Assembly (NCBI GenBank): GCA_964016885.1
Contig: OZ024760.1
Coordinates: 29,450,001-29,514,000, forward strand
DNA length: 64,000 nt
Source of the DNA: Eledone cirrhosa
Lineage: Eukaryota
Direction of reading: 5' to 3'
Shown here: in pieces, positions 51,976-64,000 of the stretch
Layout of the letters: every line of letters begins with the position of its first letter
Position numbering within the stretch: position 1 is the first letter of the stretch
Position numbers and translations under genes: made by a program
Notes under the pieces: model-generated
Told to the model about the DNA's origin: nothing
Seen by the model: only the letters and a program-made list of their open reading frames with translations
Databases searched by the model: none

Positions 51976-54730
51976 TAGGTCCCACAGAAGAACTTCAACA
52001 ACAATCTTGTCTTTAGTTCTCCAGCTAACATGAAAAGGAACCACTTTCAAGCAACTGTTGCCTCAGTTCTATTGTATGACTTCTCAGTATGGACCTTTAC
52101 ATCAGAACTGGAGTCATGTAATATAACTATCCAGATGTTAAGTCTTCAAGTATGATACAAGGTTCCAAGAATTTGTGGAGTAATTTAGTATAGAATATTG
52201 TAATAGCAAAAAGAGGCAAGGAGTGAGGAAAAATTTGAAGAAAGATTTCATTAAATATTCTAACATGTGTTTCATTTCTGATTACATAATCATCTACGAG
52301 AGCTGTACAAGAATATTATGTTCGTGTTCAGCAAATATACTCACATATAGATTTCTTTACATGTGAGTCTATATATATAATTATGCATATATATATGTGT
52401 GTGTGTGTGCGTTAAAATATATTCCAATTACAACTCAAGACATAGCTCATCAGGTAATATGGATTAAGTTTTATATTTCCATCATAATATATTCTGATAA
52501 TGTAGAGTAATTTGTTATTTTAAAAACACATCTAGAATTCAGTAATTATATTTTGAATGATTAAATGTTTATTTGTCATTGGCTGCTAGAGAATGGGGTG
52601 ATGTGTGGACAGGGGTTGAATGTGTGTATATGGTGTGTGTGTGGATGTATAATATGGGGTGGTGTGTAGGCAGGGGTTGAATGTTTGTATAGTCTTTGTG
52701 TGTGTGTGGATGTATATAGTATGGAGTGGTGTGTGGACAAGATTTGTGTGTGTGTATGTGGTTTTTCTGTGTATGTAGATGTATTTGTGTATGGTGTTTA
52801 TATGTGTGTGTGTGTATGTGTGTGTGTGTGTGCATGTGTGTTTATATATTTGTGTGTGTATGTGTGTTTATATGTTTGTGTGTGTGTTTAAATTGTCTAA
52901 TGGTAATGTCTAAATCCTTAAAGTATTAAGAAATGGTTTTGTGTAACCAAGGTGATATACAAAAGAAGAAAAACCTACATCATATAGGGGAAGGGTGGGG
53001 GGTTGGAAGAATCGGTAGAACGTCAGACACCATGCTTTGTGGCATTGAGTTACGCCCTTTACATTCTGACTTCAAATCCTGCCGAGGTTAGCTTTGCCTT
53101 TCATCCTTACGTAGTTGATAAAATAAAGTACCAGTAATGCACTGATGTCAATTTAATTGACTTTCCCCTCCCCCAAAGCTTTGTTGGTCTTGTGCCTAAA
53201 TCAGAAATCATTATTAAATAGTAGGGGTCATGTTAACTATAGTCTTGTATCATCGATATTTCAGGATTTCAAGCTCTTTCAAGATGCCATGAGTAGGATA
53301 CCATTAAAATATCTAACAAGTTATTTTCTTTTATGTAAGCAAATGGAAATTATCTCTGTGTATATTCAGTGTTTCCTTATCATGTTTTGAGATCAATATT
53401 TTTCTCGTGTTCAAAAGCTACACAAATAATTGGATTGTGCAGAAGATATTGCTTTGTCCTAAAAGGTTTCAAATGATAATGTAGGTTAAGTTATCATTTT
53501 TTTAAAAGCCATTGATGTGTTGCTAAGTTCATGTCCAATTTCCTTTGCGATGGCAAAATATATATTTATATTGACTATATCTCTTTTTAAATTGATTTGC
53601 TGTCATACCAGTCTGCTTGATGCTAGACATATCAATGACTGCATAAGATAACTTTTCTAGTCTGTTGCTATTTACTGGGCCCACATTCTGGGAACTGCAG
53701 CTATATTTCTAGGTGTTAATATTGTTTGTGTTCTGCTAATTAAAGTAATTAAAATTATTCATTATTTTCGTTAATGTTAATTGTTTCTACTTTTGGCACA
53801 AGGCCAGCAATTACCCAGTGTATTACTGGTACTTTATTTTATCGATCCCGTATGGATGAAAGGCAAAGTTAGCCTCGGCGGGATTTTAACTCAGAATGTA
53901 AAGGGCCGTAACTCTATGCATCACAGCATGGCATCCGACCCTCTACTGATACTGCCAATGCACCGCCATTTTCTTTAATATTAATGGATGACAGTTTTTG
54001 GCAATGTTAATTAGTGTTAAATAGCTTATCTTTAGTAAATCTGTGTTGAAATCTTGTCTGTTGTTGGTGGGAAGGTTCAATTTCACCAGATGGAGGAATA
54101 TTTTTCAAATCTGTGCTCCAACATTGATTAAATATGGGGGATTAAACCACAGGACTTTCATTTTCATTTCCTCTTCTTACTAATCTGTGTATGTTTGTGA
54201 TGTTTAAAGATTCGTTTTGAACTTTTAGATGTATATATGAATGTGTACATATGTATGTACATATATATGTATGTTTTAATGTGCATTAAAACACACACAC
54301 ACACACACATAGTTTGTAGTATGTAGATTTAGATGGGAGCATTTTTAAAACCCTTTTAATATAGAACACGTCCTACCAACCCTATTATTATTATTATTAT
54401 TATTATTTCCTTACATTGTCTTTACAGTTTGACACTCATGTTCTTTTTTGATAAAGAATAAAAAAAACACCTTTTTGTCCATTATTTTATAAAAATGTCC
54501 TATATTTTATAAAAATGTCCTATATTTTATATGAAGTATTGTGAGATTTGTAATAAATAAAAGAGTGTTGAGGAAAACCGGAACAATATTGATAGAAATA
54601 TAAAGATGGAACTGCGAGTAAAAAGAATGACAAAACAAAACAAAACATGTTTTCAGCCTATTCGTTTCATCAAGATATACTGGCTTTCCTAACACTCCCT
54701 TTAAAGTTTTGTGTATATCTAATTATATAT

Positions 54731-55074
54731 ATACAGTGGAACCTCAGTTTACAAACACCTCACATCATCAGCCAATTGGTTCACGAACATAAAATGTCTT
54801 AGTTGATGAACGGTATCTCAATTAACAAACACACAAGCCGGCAACAGCAGTTGGCAACAAGCTGGGAGTATCGGCAGAAAAGCATCACTTGCTGTGTAGT
54901 TAGTTACTATGATGATATCTATGTCTTTCACACACAGTCTCTCTCTTTCTCTTTCTCTCTCTCTCTCTCTCTCTCAACATTTCGTATAAGAAAAATAGTT
55001 TAAGTTTACTAATATTTCTGGTGCCAAACAGTTTTCAGGGATCAATTAAGTTTGTTAACCTAGGTTTCACTGTA
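54731..55074. mobile_element. Tigger/pogo-like MITE
   Basis: TACAGTGGAACCTC ... AGGTTTCACTGTA. Confidence 0.6.
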
Positions 55075-56500
55075 ATATGTTAACCCTATATATCACAATA
55101 TGCCAGCCTTCCTAACACTCTCTTCAACATTTTATCTATATCTAATTATTTTATATTTTATTTCAGTAATTTTTCATGGTTTATTGAAATGTTAGTGTTT
55201 AACCTTTAACCCGCTCTAGGCGACATAAGGCGCCTGTAGAGTAATTTCCCTTTAATACATGATGTAGTGTCAAGGGAAACAATTCATAGAAATTTCTAGC
55301 GTTCTGGAGGTTGATTAGAAAATAATCAAGTTTTGCTTTTAATTGTTTTTAATTCCATGATTAACAATTAAACTGTTAATTGATTAATTAATCAAAAGTT
55401 TAATTTTTAAAATTTTAAATCTAAAATAGAAATCCAACTTATTACAATTTCTAATGTTATCCCTACAGTTTCAGTGATGTCCCTTGTCTTCGGTCCCTGT
55501 GGCCAATAAAAGAAATTATTATTAATATTATTACTATTATCAGTTCTTGGACTGTTGTGTTGTGTCCTTGAGCAAGACTCTTTATTTCACTCTATTGCTC
55601 CAGTTTACTCAGCTGTAGAGTTGTGATGTCACTGAGACACTTTATTGACCTTGGAGACCACCATAGATCGTGTATATATAATTTATATAGTGTGTATATA
55701 GTGTATATATTGTGTGTATATAATGTATATAGTGTTCATATAGTGTGTATATTGTGTTCATATAGTGTATATATTGTATATATAGTGTGTATATAGTTTA
55801 TGTATAGTGTATATATTGTATATAGTGTGTACATAGTTTATGTATAGTGTATATATAGTGTACAGACTGGTGTCAAATTGTATCGGCCATTGCCTTGGAC
55901 AACATTATATATAGTGTATATATATAGTATATATAGTGTATATATAGAATATATAGTGTGTATATAATATATATACAGTATACGTTGTGATGTCACTGGT
56001 GCCAAGATATATCAACCATAGCCTTTCCCTTGGACAACATCTGTTGCATGGAGAGGGAGAGACTGGTATACCTGGTATACATGGTGTACATGGTATACCA
56101 GGTATACATGGTATACATGGTATACATGTTGTTGTTGTTGTTGTTGTGATAACTTTCTCTTTTCTGGATCATTATCTGAGAACTGAAATTTTTAAAAAAT
56201 GTTTAAGGCTGGGTGTCATTGTAAAATACCCTTGAAAAATGACCCCTCCCCCCACACACGCGCTTGACCACTACAACCCCCGCTCCTTTAGAGTATCTAC
56301 CCCCACCCCGCATTCCTTTGCCTTATCAATCTCAACCAATCAAATATACGTTTTAAAATAACATTTATTTAAAATGACATTTATTTAAAATATTTTTTTT
56401 AAATTTAAATAAAAATATATAACCACAAATAACAAAAAAAAGTGAATGAACTTCACAACTTCACATTTTCTCATTCCTGATAAATTGGTAAACTGTACTA

Positions 56501-56532
<32 letters not shown>

Positions 56533-58538
56533 GTTCTACTACCACTGCCACTACTACTACTACTACTACTACTACCACTACTACTGCTACTACTACTACC
56601 ACCACCACCACTACTACTACTACTAATACTACTACCACCACCACCACAGGTGCTACTACAACGTCATCTATAAGTGAAGACTTATGGCCTAGTGGTAAAG
56701 GTGTTGGACTTACGATCATAATGTTGTGGGTTCGATTCCTGGGCTGTGTGTTGTGTTCTTGAGCAAGATATTTCATTTCACGTTGCTCCAGTATACTCAG
56801 CTGTAAATGAGTACCAGCAATAGCTGGGGGTTTAACCCTGCGATGGACTGGTGTCCTGTCCAGGGGGAAGTCTAGCAATAGCTGGGGGTTTAACCTTGCG
56901 ATGGACTGGTATCCTGTCCAGGGGGGAGTCTAGCAATAGCTGGGGGTTTAACCCTGCAATGGACTGGCGTCCTGTCCAGGGGGAAGTCTTCTACTCTCAG
57001 TCACTTCAGACCATGAGATAAGCACCAGCCTAATGACCCTCCTGGCTTAAGACAGACTTTAGACTTCATTAAAACACCCAAGAAACCTCTTATGAGATGC
57101 AATGGAAGCTAGCTAAACTTACATGAGTGTGAACTATAATAAAAACAATGTGATAAGACTGGGGCCCCTATCATTAAAACTCCTTAGAGAGACAACCTTG
57201 TAGAAAGCCAGGTAAACTTGCATAACTGCGAACTGTAACATGACAGGACTGAGGTACTATCATTAAAATACCCCAAAAAACCTCTTTGAGGTGCAACATT
57301 GTAGGAGGCTAATTAAATTTATATGTGTGAGTTCTAACAAGAATATGATAGGACTGGGGCCCCAATCATTAAAACACCATAGAAACCTCCTATGAGATGC
57401 TATCATGTAGGAAGCCAGCTAAACCTTCTTAAGTGTGATCTGTGAATCTAATTAATTTTTTTTTTTACATAATCTAAGTGGCTAAAATTTATTATTTGGA
57501 AAGTTTATGCAAAAAAAATAATAATAATTTGAAAAATTTGCAAAAATATTTAATTAAAAAAATGTCCTTTTATTTATTTATTTATTTATGTTGTTATGTT
57601 GTTGCCTCCTTAATTAGGCCGTAGTAGAAGTAGACTGAGAGTCCCAGGTAAGCAACATGCACAAACGACACAAAAATCACACCTTAGTTTAATGTGCAGC
57701 TAAATAGTGATTTCTAACATAGACACAAGCCCTGCAATTTTGAGGTGGGGAGGAGGGGAGGAAGGTGATTAAATTGACCCCTGTACTTGACTTATATTTC
57801 AACGACCCTAGAAAGATGAAAGGCAAAGTTAGCTTTAACAGGATTTGAACTCAGAACATAAAGTGCTGTAACTAAATATTGCAAAACATTTTGTCCAGTC
57901 CTCTACCAATTCTATCAATCCTCTATGCAGTTTAACTGCCTAGAAGTTTAGAAATACACTGCACTACAATAATGGAGAACTAATTTCATTTCATTAAGAT
58001 TTGAATATAATGTTTTTGATGGACGTTCAATAATGTTTGTTTCAACCCTCTGCTCTCTGAGTTCAAATCTTGCCGTGGTCAACTTTGCCTTTCATCCATT
58101 GAAGGTCGGTAAAAAAAGTACCAGTCAAGTACTGGGGTTAATTCTTCCTCTATATCTCTCTCTCTCACTTCCATTCTCTCACTCTCTAACCTTCTCTGGA
58201 GAAATCTTCTCTATTCAGGTCAACTTTACCTTTCATCCATTTGAAATTGATAAAAAAGTACGTCTCTCTCACTCTCTAACCTTCTCTGGAGAAATCTGCT
58301 GTGTTCAGAGCTGGAGAGAAGATGGGCTCAGCCAGGTTTTAAAATGCCCAAGAAATACTGTGCGGCAACTCTACAACTCTATCAGGAGTTACAGGACTAT
58401 ACATGCTATGTATGCAACCCTGGGTTAGCCCTGACTCAGTTGAAAATCTCTGCTCAAAGTTGTGATCTTCTCGTGTTTTTTTTTGGCTCTCCCTGACTTC
58501 TGAGATCAACTTCACTTTTCATTTTTCTGAACTGGGGT

Positions 58539-58579
<41 letters not shown>

Positions 58580-59146
58580 GATCAGCTTCATTGCACTGTA
58601 AGAGAGGGTAGTGGTAGTGGAGGAAGACCTCACATCATCCCTGTCATCTCCACAAACAAAGAAGGGTTAGCAATCCATTCTCCCTGATATGCCTGCTACT
58701 GAAGCCCTCTAAAGATGGCCTGTTGTGCAGCAGAGAGCACAACTAAACATTAAAGAAATATTACATTGATTTGACAATAAATTTAGTCATTTGCATGTAT
58801 TGTTTTTCTAATAGTTGCAATTTTATTATCACTTTGGGATGATGGGGTCTTAGATAGACAATGCCACCTTTAATTTCTTGCAGCATTTACTAACAATTTT
58901 ATTGTGAAGGCTTCAATCAATAACATATTTTTTCATCATGTATATACACACACATGTGTATGTATGTGTGTGTGTTTATATATATGTATATATATATTTA
59001 TATGTTTATGTGTATATATATACATTTATATGTTTATGTATATATATATACGTTTATATATATATGTTTATATATATATATATGTATGTTTATATAGATA
59101 TGTTTATGTGTATATATATATATATGTATGTTTATATATATATGTT

Positions 59147-59223
<77 letters not shown>

Positions 59224-59281
59224 TTATATATATATGTTTATGTATATATATATATATATATATGTATGTTTATATATATGT

Positions 59282-59326
<45 letters not shown>

Positions 59327-59344
59327 TATATATATAAGTTTATG

Positions 59345-59375
<31 letters not shown>

Positions 59376-59496
59376 TTATATATATATGTTTATGTATATA
59401 TATGTATGTTTACCATCATCATCATCGTTTAATGTCCATCTTCCATGCTAGCATGGTTTATATATATATTTATATATATGTGTATATATGTATGTA

Positions 59497-59579
<83 letters not shown>

Positions 59580-59659
59580 TATATATATATATATATATAT
59601 ATAAAATATTCTACACTCAATTATATATAATTTCTATATTTTGTATTGTTTATTTTCAG

Positions 59660-59765
59660 GAGAAGATAGGAAAGTGAACGTTAACGGTCGTTCACCGTCA
59701 CGTCCCCCCAGTGAAACTGCTTCGTTCACTGATGAAGCCATTGAAGAGCTTCTAGAGAGTCATCA
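59660..59765 (+). CDS. MPDZ: MPDZ-like linker exon
   Basis: tttcag|GA...CA|gtgagt. Phases 1 and 2 exactly bridge the flanking exons; [34 protein letters not shown]. Confidence 0.85.
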
Positions 59766-60050
59766 GTGAGTTAAATATTATTCATCTCTTGAACAAGTTT
59801 GTTTTTTTTCTCTTAGTTCTTTCTTTACAAGTCATCAGAACATAGGATAGAATATAATTTATGATGAAATGTAGTTTGTTTGAAGCATTGCATATAGTAT
59901 ATAACGTTGGAAGAGATAGATGGCTAAACAATACAAGATGGACTGTAAGATGAGGTAACGAAAAGTAAAAGTTACCTGGTAATCTTTGTTGTTGCTGTTC
60001 TTCTTTTATCTGTCCAATATTTCGGGACCTAAAAGTCTTTTCTTCAGGGT

Positions 60051-61240
60051 TTAACCCTTTAGCAGCATTTAAACCAGCCGTATCCGGCCAGAATTCTTTC
60101 GTCTCTTTCTGTTCAAACTGACCATAACCAGCCCCTCATACTTATGTTAAGGTATTGTTCTCAAAATAAATTACATCAAAGTCTCATAAATTCAGTACTA
60201 TGTGGAATAATTATGTGAGGTAAAGCCTTTACTGTGAAAATACAATAGTTTATATAGAGTAATGTAAATGTTATGTGAGATATTATGTGAGGTAAAGACT
60301 TTACTGTGAAAATACAATAGTATATATAGAGTAATGTAAATGTTATGTGAGATATTATGTGAGGTAAAGCCTTTACTGTGAAAATACAACAGTATATATA
60401 GAGTAATGTAAATGTTGTGAGATATTATGTGAGGTAAAGACTTTACTGTGAAAATACAATAGTATATATAGAGTAATGTAAATGTTATGTGAGATATTAT
60501 GTGAGGTAAAGACTTTACTGTGAAAATACAATAGTATATATAGAGTAATGTAAATGCTATGTGAGATATTATGTGAGGTAAAGCCTTTACTGTGAAAATA
60601 CAATAGTTTATATAGAGTAATGTAAATGTTATGTGAGATATTATGTGAGGTAAAGCCTTTACTGTGAAAATACAATAGTATATATAGAGTAATGTAAATG
60701 TTATGTGAGATATTATGTGAGGTAAAGCCTTTACTGTGAAATTACAATAGTGTATATAGAGTAATGTAAATGTTATGTGAGATATTATGTGAGGTAAAGC
60801 CTTTACTGTGAAAATACAATAGTTTATATAGAGTAATGTAAATGTTATGTGAGATATTATGTGAGGTAAAGACTTTACTGTGAAAATACAATAGTATATA
60901 TAGAGTAATGTAAATGCTATGTGAGATATTATGTGAGGTAAAGCCTTTACTGTGAAAATACAATAGTTTATATAGAGTAATGTAAATGTTATGTGAGGTA
61001 AAGCCTTTACTGGGGAAATACAATAGTTTATATAGAGTAATGTAAATGTTATGTGAGGTAAAGACTTTACTGTGAAAATACAATAGTTTATATAGAGTAA
61101 TGTAAATGTTATGTGAGGTAAAGCCCTTACTGTGAAAATACAATAGTTTATATAGAGTAATGTGAATGTTATGGGAGGTAAAGCCTTTACTGTGAAAATA
61201 CAATAGTTTATATAGAGTAATGTGAATGCTAAAGGGTTAA
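60051..61240. mobile_element. piggyBac-like MITE (inverse orientation) with expanded minisatellite
   Basis: TTAA|CCCTTTAGCA ... ATGCTAAAGGG|TTAA; ~16 units of 56-68 bp. Unexpanded relatives at 17820-17998 and 48719-48900. Confidence 0.75.
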
Positions 61241-61717
61241 GGAACTTTAAGTGGATAATGTTCCAATTTCCTGTCTTTGGGAATAAATTTTGATTTTGAT
61301 TTATTTTAATTGTTTCTAAGTCGTAACATATATAACCTATTGTATATGTTTTGGCTGTCTTTTCAAATTCTACTGAGGTCAGCTTTGACTGTCATCCTTT
61401 AGAGGGTCAATAAAATACCAGTCCAAAGTGGTGGCTGGATTAAAGTATGTTGGGGCATTTGTTTCAGCTGTCTGCATTCTGAGTTCAAATCCTACTGAGG
61501 ACTACTTGGGGTGGTAAACTTTATCTGTTGTCCAGTTTAACACCGCCACCACTCCCAGGTCCTTGGGGGGTCTTTAGCAGAGTCAAAAGTTTGGGCTAGG
61601 TTTCAGAGGTCCCAAAAGCTGTCATGAGCAGATGACTCACATCTGAAACAGACGTTAAATGGTGATGATGATGATGATGATGATGGTTCACATCTGGAAT
61701 AGTCGTTAATTGGTGAT

Positions 61718-62365
61718 GATGACCCACATGTGAAATAGATGGTGATGGTGATGATGACCCACATGTGAAATAGATGGTGATGGTGATGACCCACATGTGA
61801 AATAGATGGAAATGGTTATGACCCACATGTGAAATAGATGGAGATGGTGATGACCCACATGTGAAATAGATGGAGATGGTGATGACCCATATGTGAAATA
61901 GATGGTGATGGGAATGGTCCACATGTGAAATAGATGGTGATAATGATGACCCACATGTGAAATAGATGGTGATGGTGATGGCCCACATGTGAAATAGATG
62001 GTGATGGGGATGGTGAAGGTCCACATGTGAAATAGATGGTGATGGGATGGTGAAGGCCCACATGTTAAATAGATGGTGATGGCCCACATGTGAAATAGAT
62101 GGTGATGGGGATGGCCCACATGTGAAATAGATGGTGATGGTCCACATGTGAAATAAATGGTGATGGTGATGGTCCACATGTGAAATAGATGGTGATGGGG
62201 ATGGTGATGGCCCACATGTGAAATAGATGGTGATGGCCCACATGTGAAATAGATGGTGATGGCCCACATGTGAAATAGATGGTGATGGCCCTCAGGTGAA
62301 ATAGATGGTGATGGTGATGGTCCACATGTGAAATAGATGGTGATGGCTCCCATCTGAAATAGAGG
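61718..62365. repeat. ~26-40-bp minisatellite CCCACATGTGAAATAGATGGTGATG(G)
   Basis: Direct inspection; ends ~35 nt before the last exon. Confidence 0.92.
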
Positions 62366-62399
62366 TCACATGATAACTTGTTGTTTTACTCCATTGCAG

Positions 62400-62676
62400 G
62401 TTGGACGATCAGAAAGTGCGGTTAATTGTGTTGGAACGAGGAGCAGAAGGTTTGGGGTTTTCAATTGTTGGTGGTCGAGGCAGCCCCCATGGAGACCTAC
62501 CCATCTATGTGAAGACAGTGTTTGCTACAGGGGCAGCAGAAGCTGATGGTCAACTGAAGCGTGGGGACAGAATTCATACGGTGAATGGAACCAGCCTTGA
62601 CAATGTCACTCATGAGGAAGCGGTTTCCATTTTGAAGAATGCACAAGGGAAAGTTACACTCACAATTACCTCCTAA
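62400..62676 (+). CDS. MPDZ: MPDZ-like terminal exon, PDZ13-equivalent
   Basis: ttgcag|G; [46 protein letters not shown]...VTLTITS*, matching the MPDZ C-terminal PDZ; TAA at 62674-62676. Confidence 0.95.
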
Positions 62677-62689
62677 AAGAAAAAAACAT

Positions 62690-62721
62690 TATATATATAT
62701 ATATATATGTATTTATATATG

Positions 62722-62765
<44 letters not shown>

Positions 62766-62782
62766 GTATTTATATATGTATT

Positions 62783-62814
<32 letters not shown>

Positions 62815-62827
62815 GTATTTATATATG

Positions 62828-62872
<45 letters not shown>

Positions 62873-62881
62873 TTATATATG

Positions 62882-62934
<53 letters not shown>

Positions 62935-62971
62935 GTATTAATATATATAATATATATATATATATATATAC

Positions 62972-63002
<31 letters not shown>

Positions 63003-63065
63003 TTATATATATATATGTATTTATATATATATATGTATTTATATATATATATGTATTTATATATG

Positions 63066-63100
<35 letters not shown>

Positions 63101-63437
63101 TTATATATATATATGTATTTATATATATATATGTATTTATATATATATATATATAAATACATATATATACATATATATATATATATGTATTTATAAATAT
63201 ATATCTATTTATATATATATATATATACATAAATACATATATATATATATAAATACATATATATATACATAAATACATATATATATATATATATATACAT
63301 AAATACATATATATACATAAATACACCCATGCAAACGTGGAATATGGACGTTAAACGATGATGATGATGATGATGATATAAATACATATATATATATATA
63401 CATTTATACATATATATATATATACATATATATATAC

Positions 63438-63496
<59 letters not shown>

Positions 63497-63617
63497 CATA
63501 TATATATATACATATATATATATACATATATATATATATACATATATATATATACATATATATATACATATATATATATACATATATACATATACATATA
63601 TACATATACATATATAC

Positions 63618-63664
<47 letters not shown>

Positions 63665-63693
63665 CATACATATATATACATATACATATACAC

Positions 63694-63724
<31 letters not shown>

Positions 63725-63795
63725 CATATATATATATATACATATATACATATATATACATATATACATACATATATATATACATATATATATAC

Positions 63796-63836
<41 letters not shown>

Positions 63837-63906
63837 CATATATACATATATATATACATATATATATATATATACATATATATATCTATACATATATATA
63901 TCTATA

Positions 63907-63938
<32 letters not shown>

Positions 63939-63960
63939 AATATGTACATACACATAGACA
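62690..63960. repeat. (TA)n/(TACA)n microsatellite field downstream of the stop
   Basis: Direct inspection; short RTE tail at 63326-63376. Confidence 0.9.
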
Positions 63961-64000
63961 TATATGGAAACAACCATTTCCTCGGAACATTAAGGACCAT

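Noticed and set aside
61596-62353. His-rich repeat proteins on the minus strand
   Set aside because: Minisatellite translation open in multiple frames, antisense within an intron.
135-63977. Numerous YI/CV/HT-rich ORFs
   Set aside because: Translations of (TA)n, (TG)n and (CA)n microsatellites that lack stops by construction.

Overview
Eukaryotic (metazoan) genomic DNA: very AT-rich, saturated with (TA)n/(CA)n microsatellites, with SINE and RTE families that look like those of octopus/coleoid cephalopods (inference). The only host gene is the 3' part of a + strand multi-PDZ scaffold gene (MPDZ/MUPP1-PATJ family). It has 13 GT-AG exons from 4671 to the stop at 62676 that splice in frame into about 602 aa, encoding the last five PDZ domains. 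Almost all ORFs in the supplied track are microsatellite or minisatellite artefacts. The introns hold a decayed RTE LINE with a PHD finger, two tRNA-derived SINE families, mariner/Tigger/piggyBac MITEs, a Helitron-like element and several minisatellites. The most striking unannotated signal is about 20 short, mutually divergent elements inserted in (TA)n tracts. They share one architecture: an inverted (fold-back) copy, a type-I hammerhead ribozyme (CUGANGA...GAAA, usually with a palindromic minimal stem III), and a tail with an ACTC...GAGT(G/A)CT motif. At least seven have an intact catalytic core, five of them on the host pre-mRNA strand. These are best explained as Penelope-like pLTR remnants or retrozyme-like elements. 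All folding was done by eye and is unverified.
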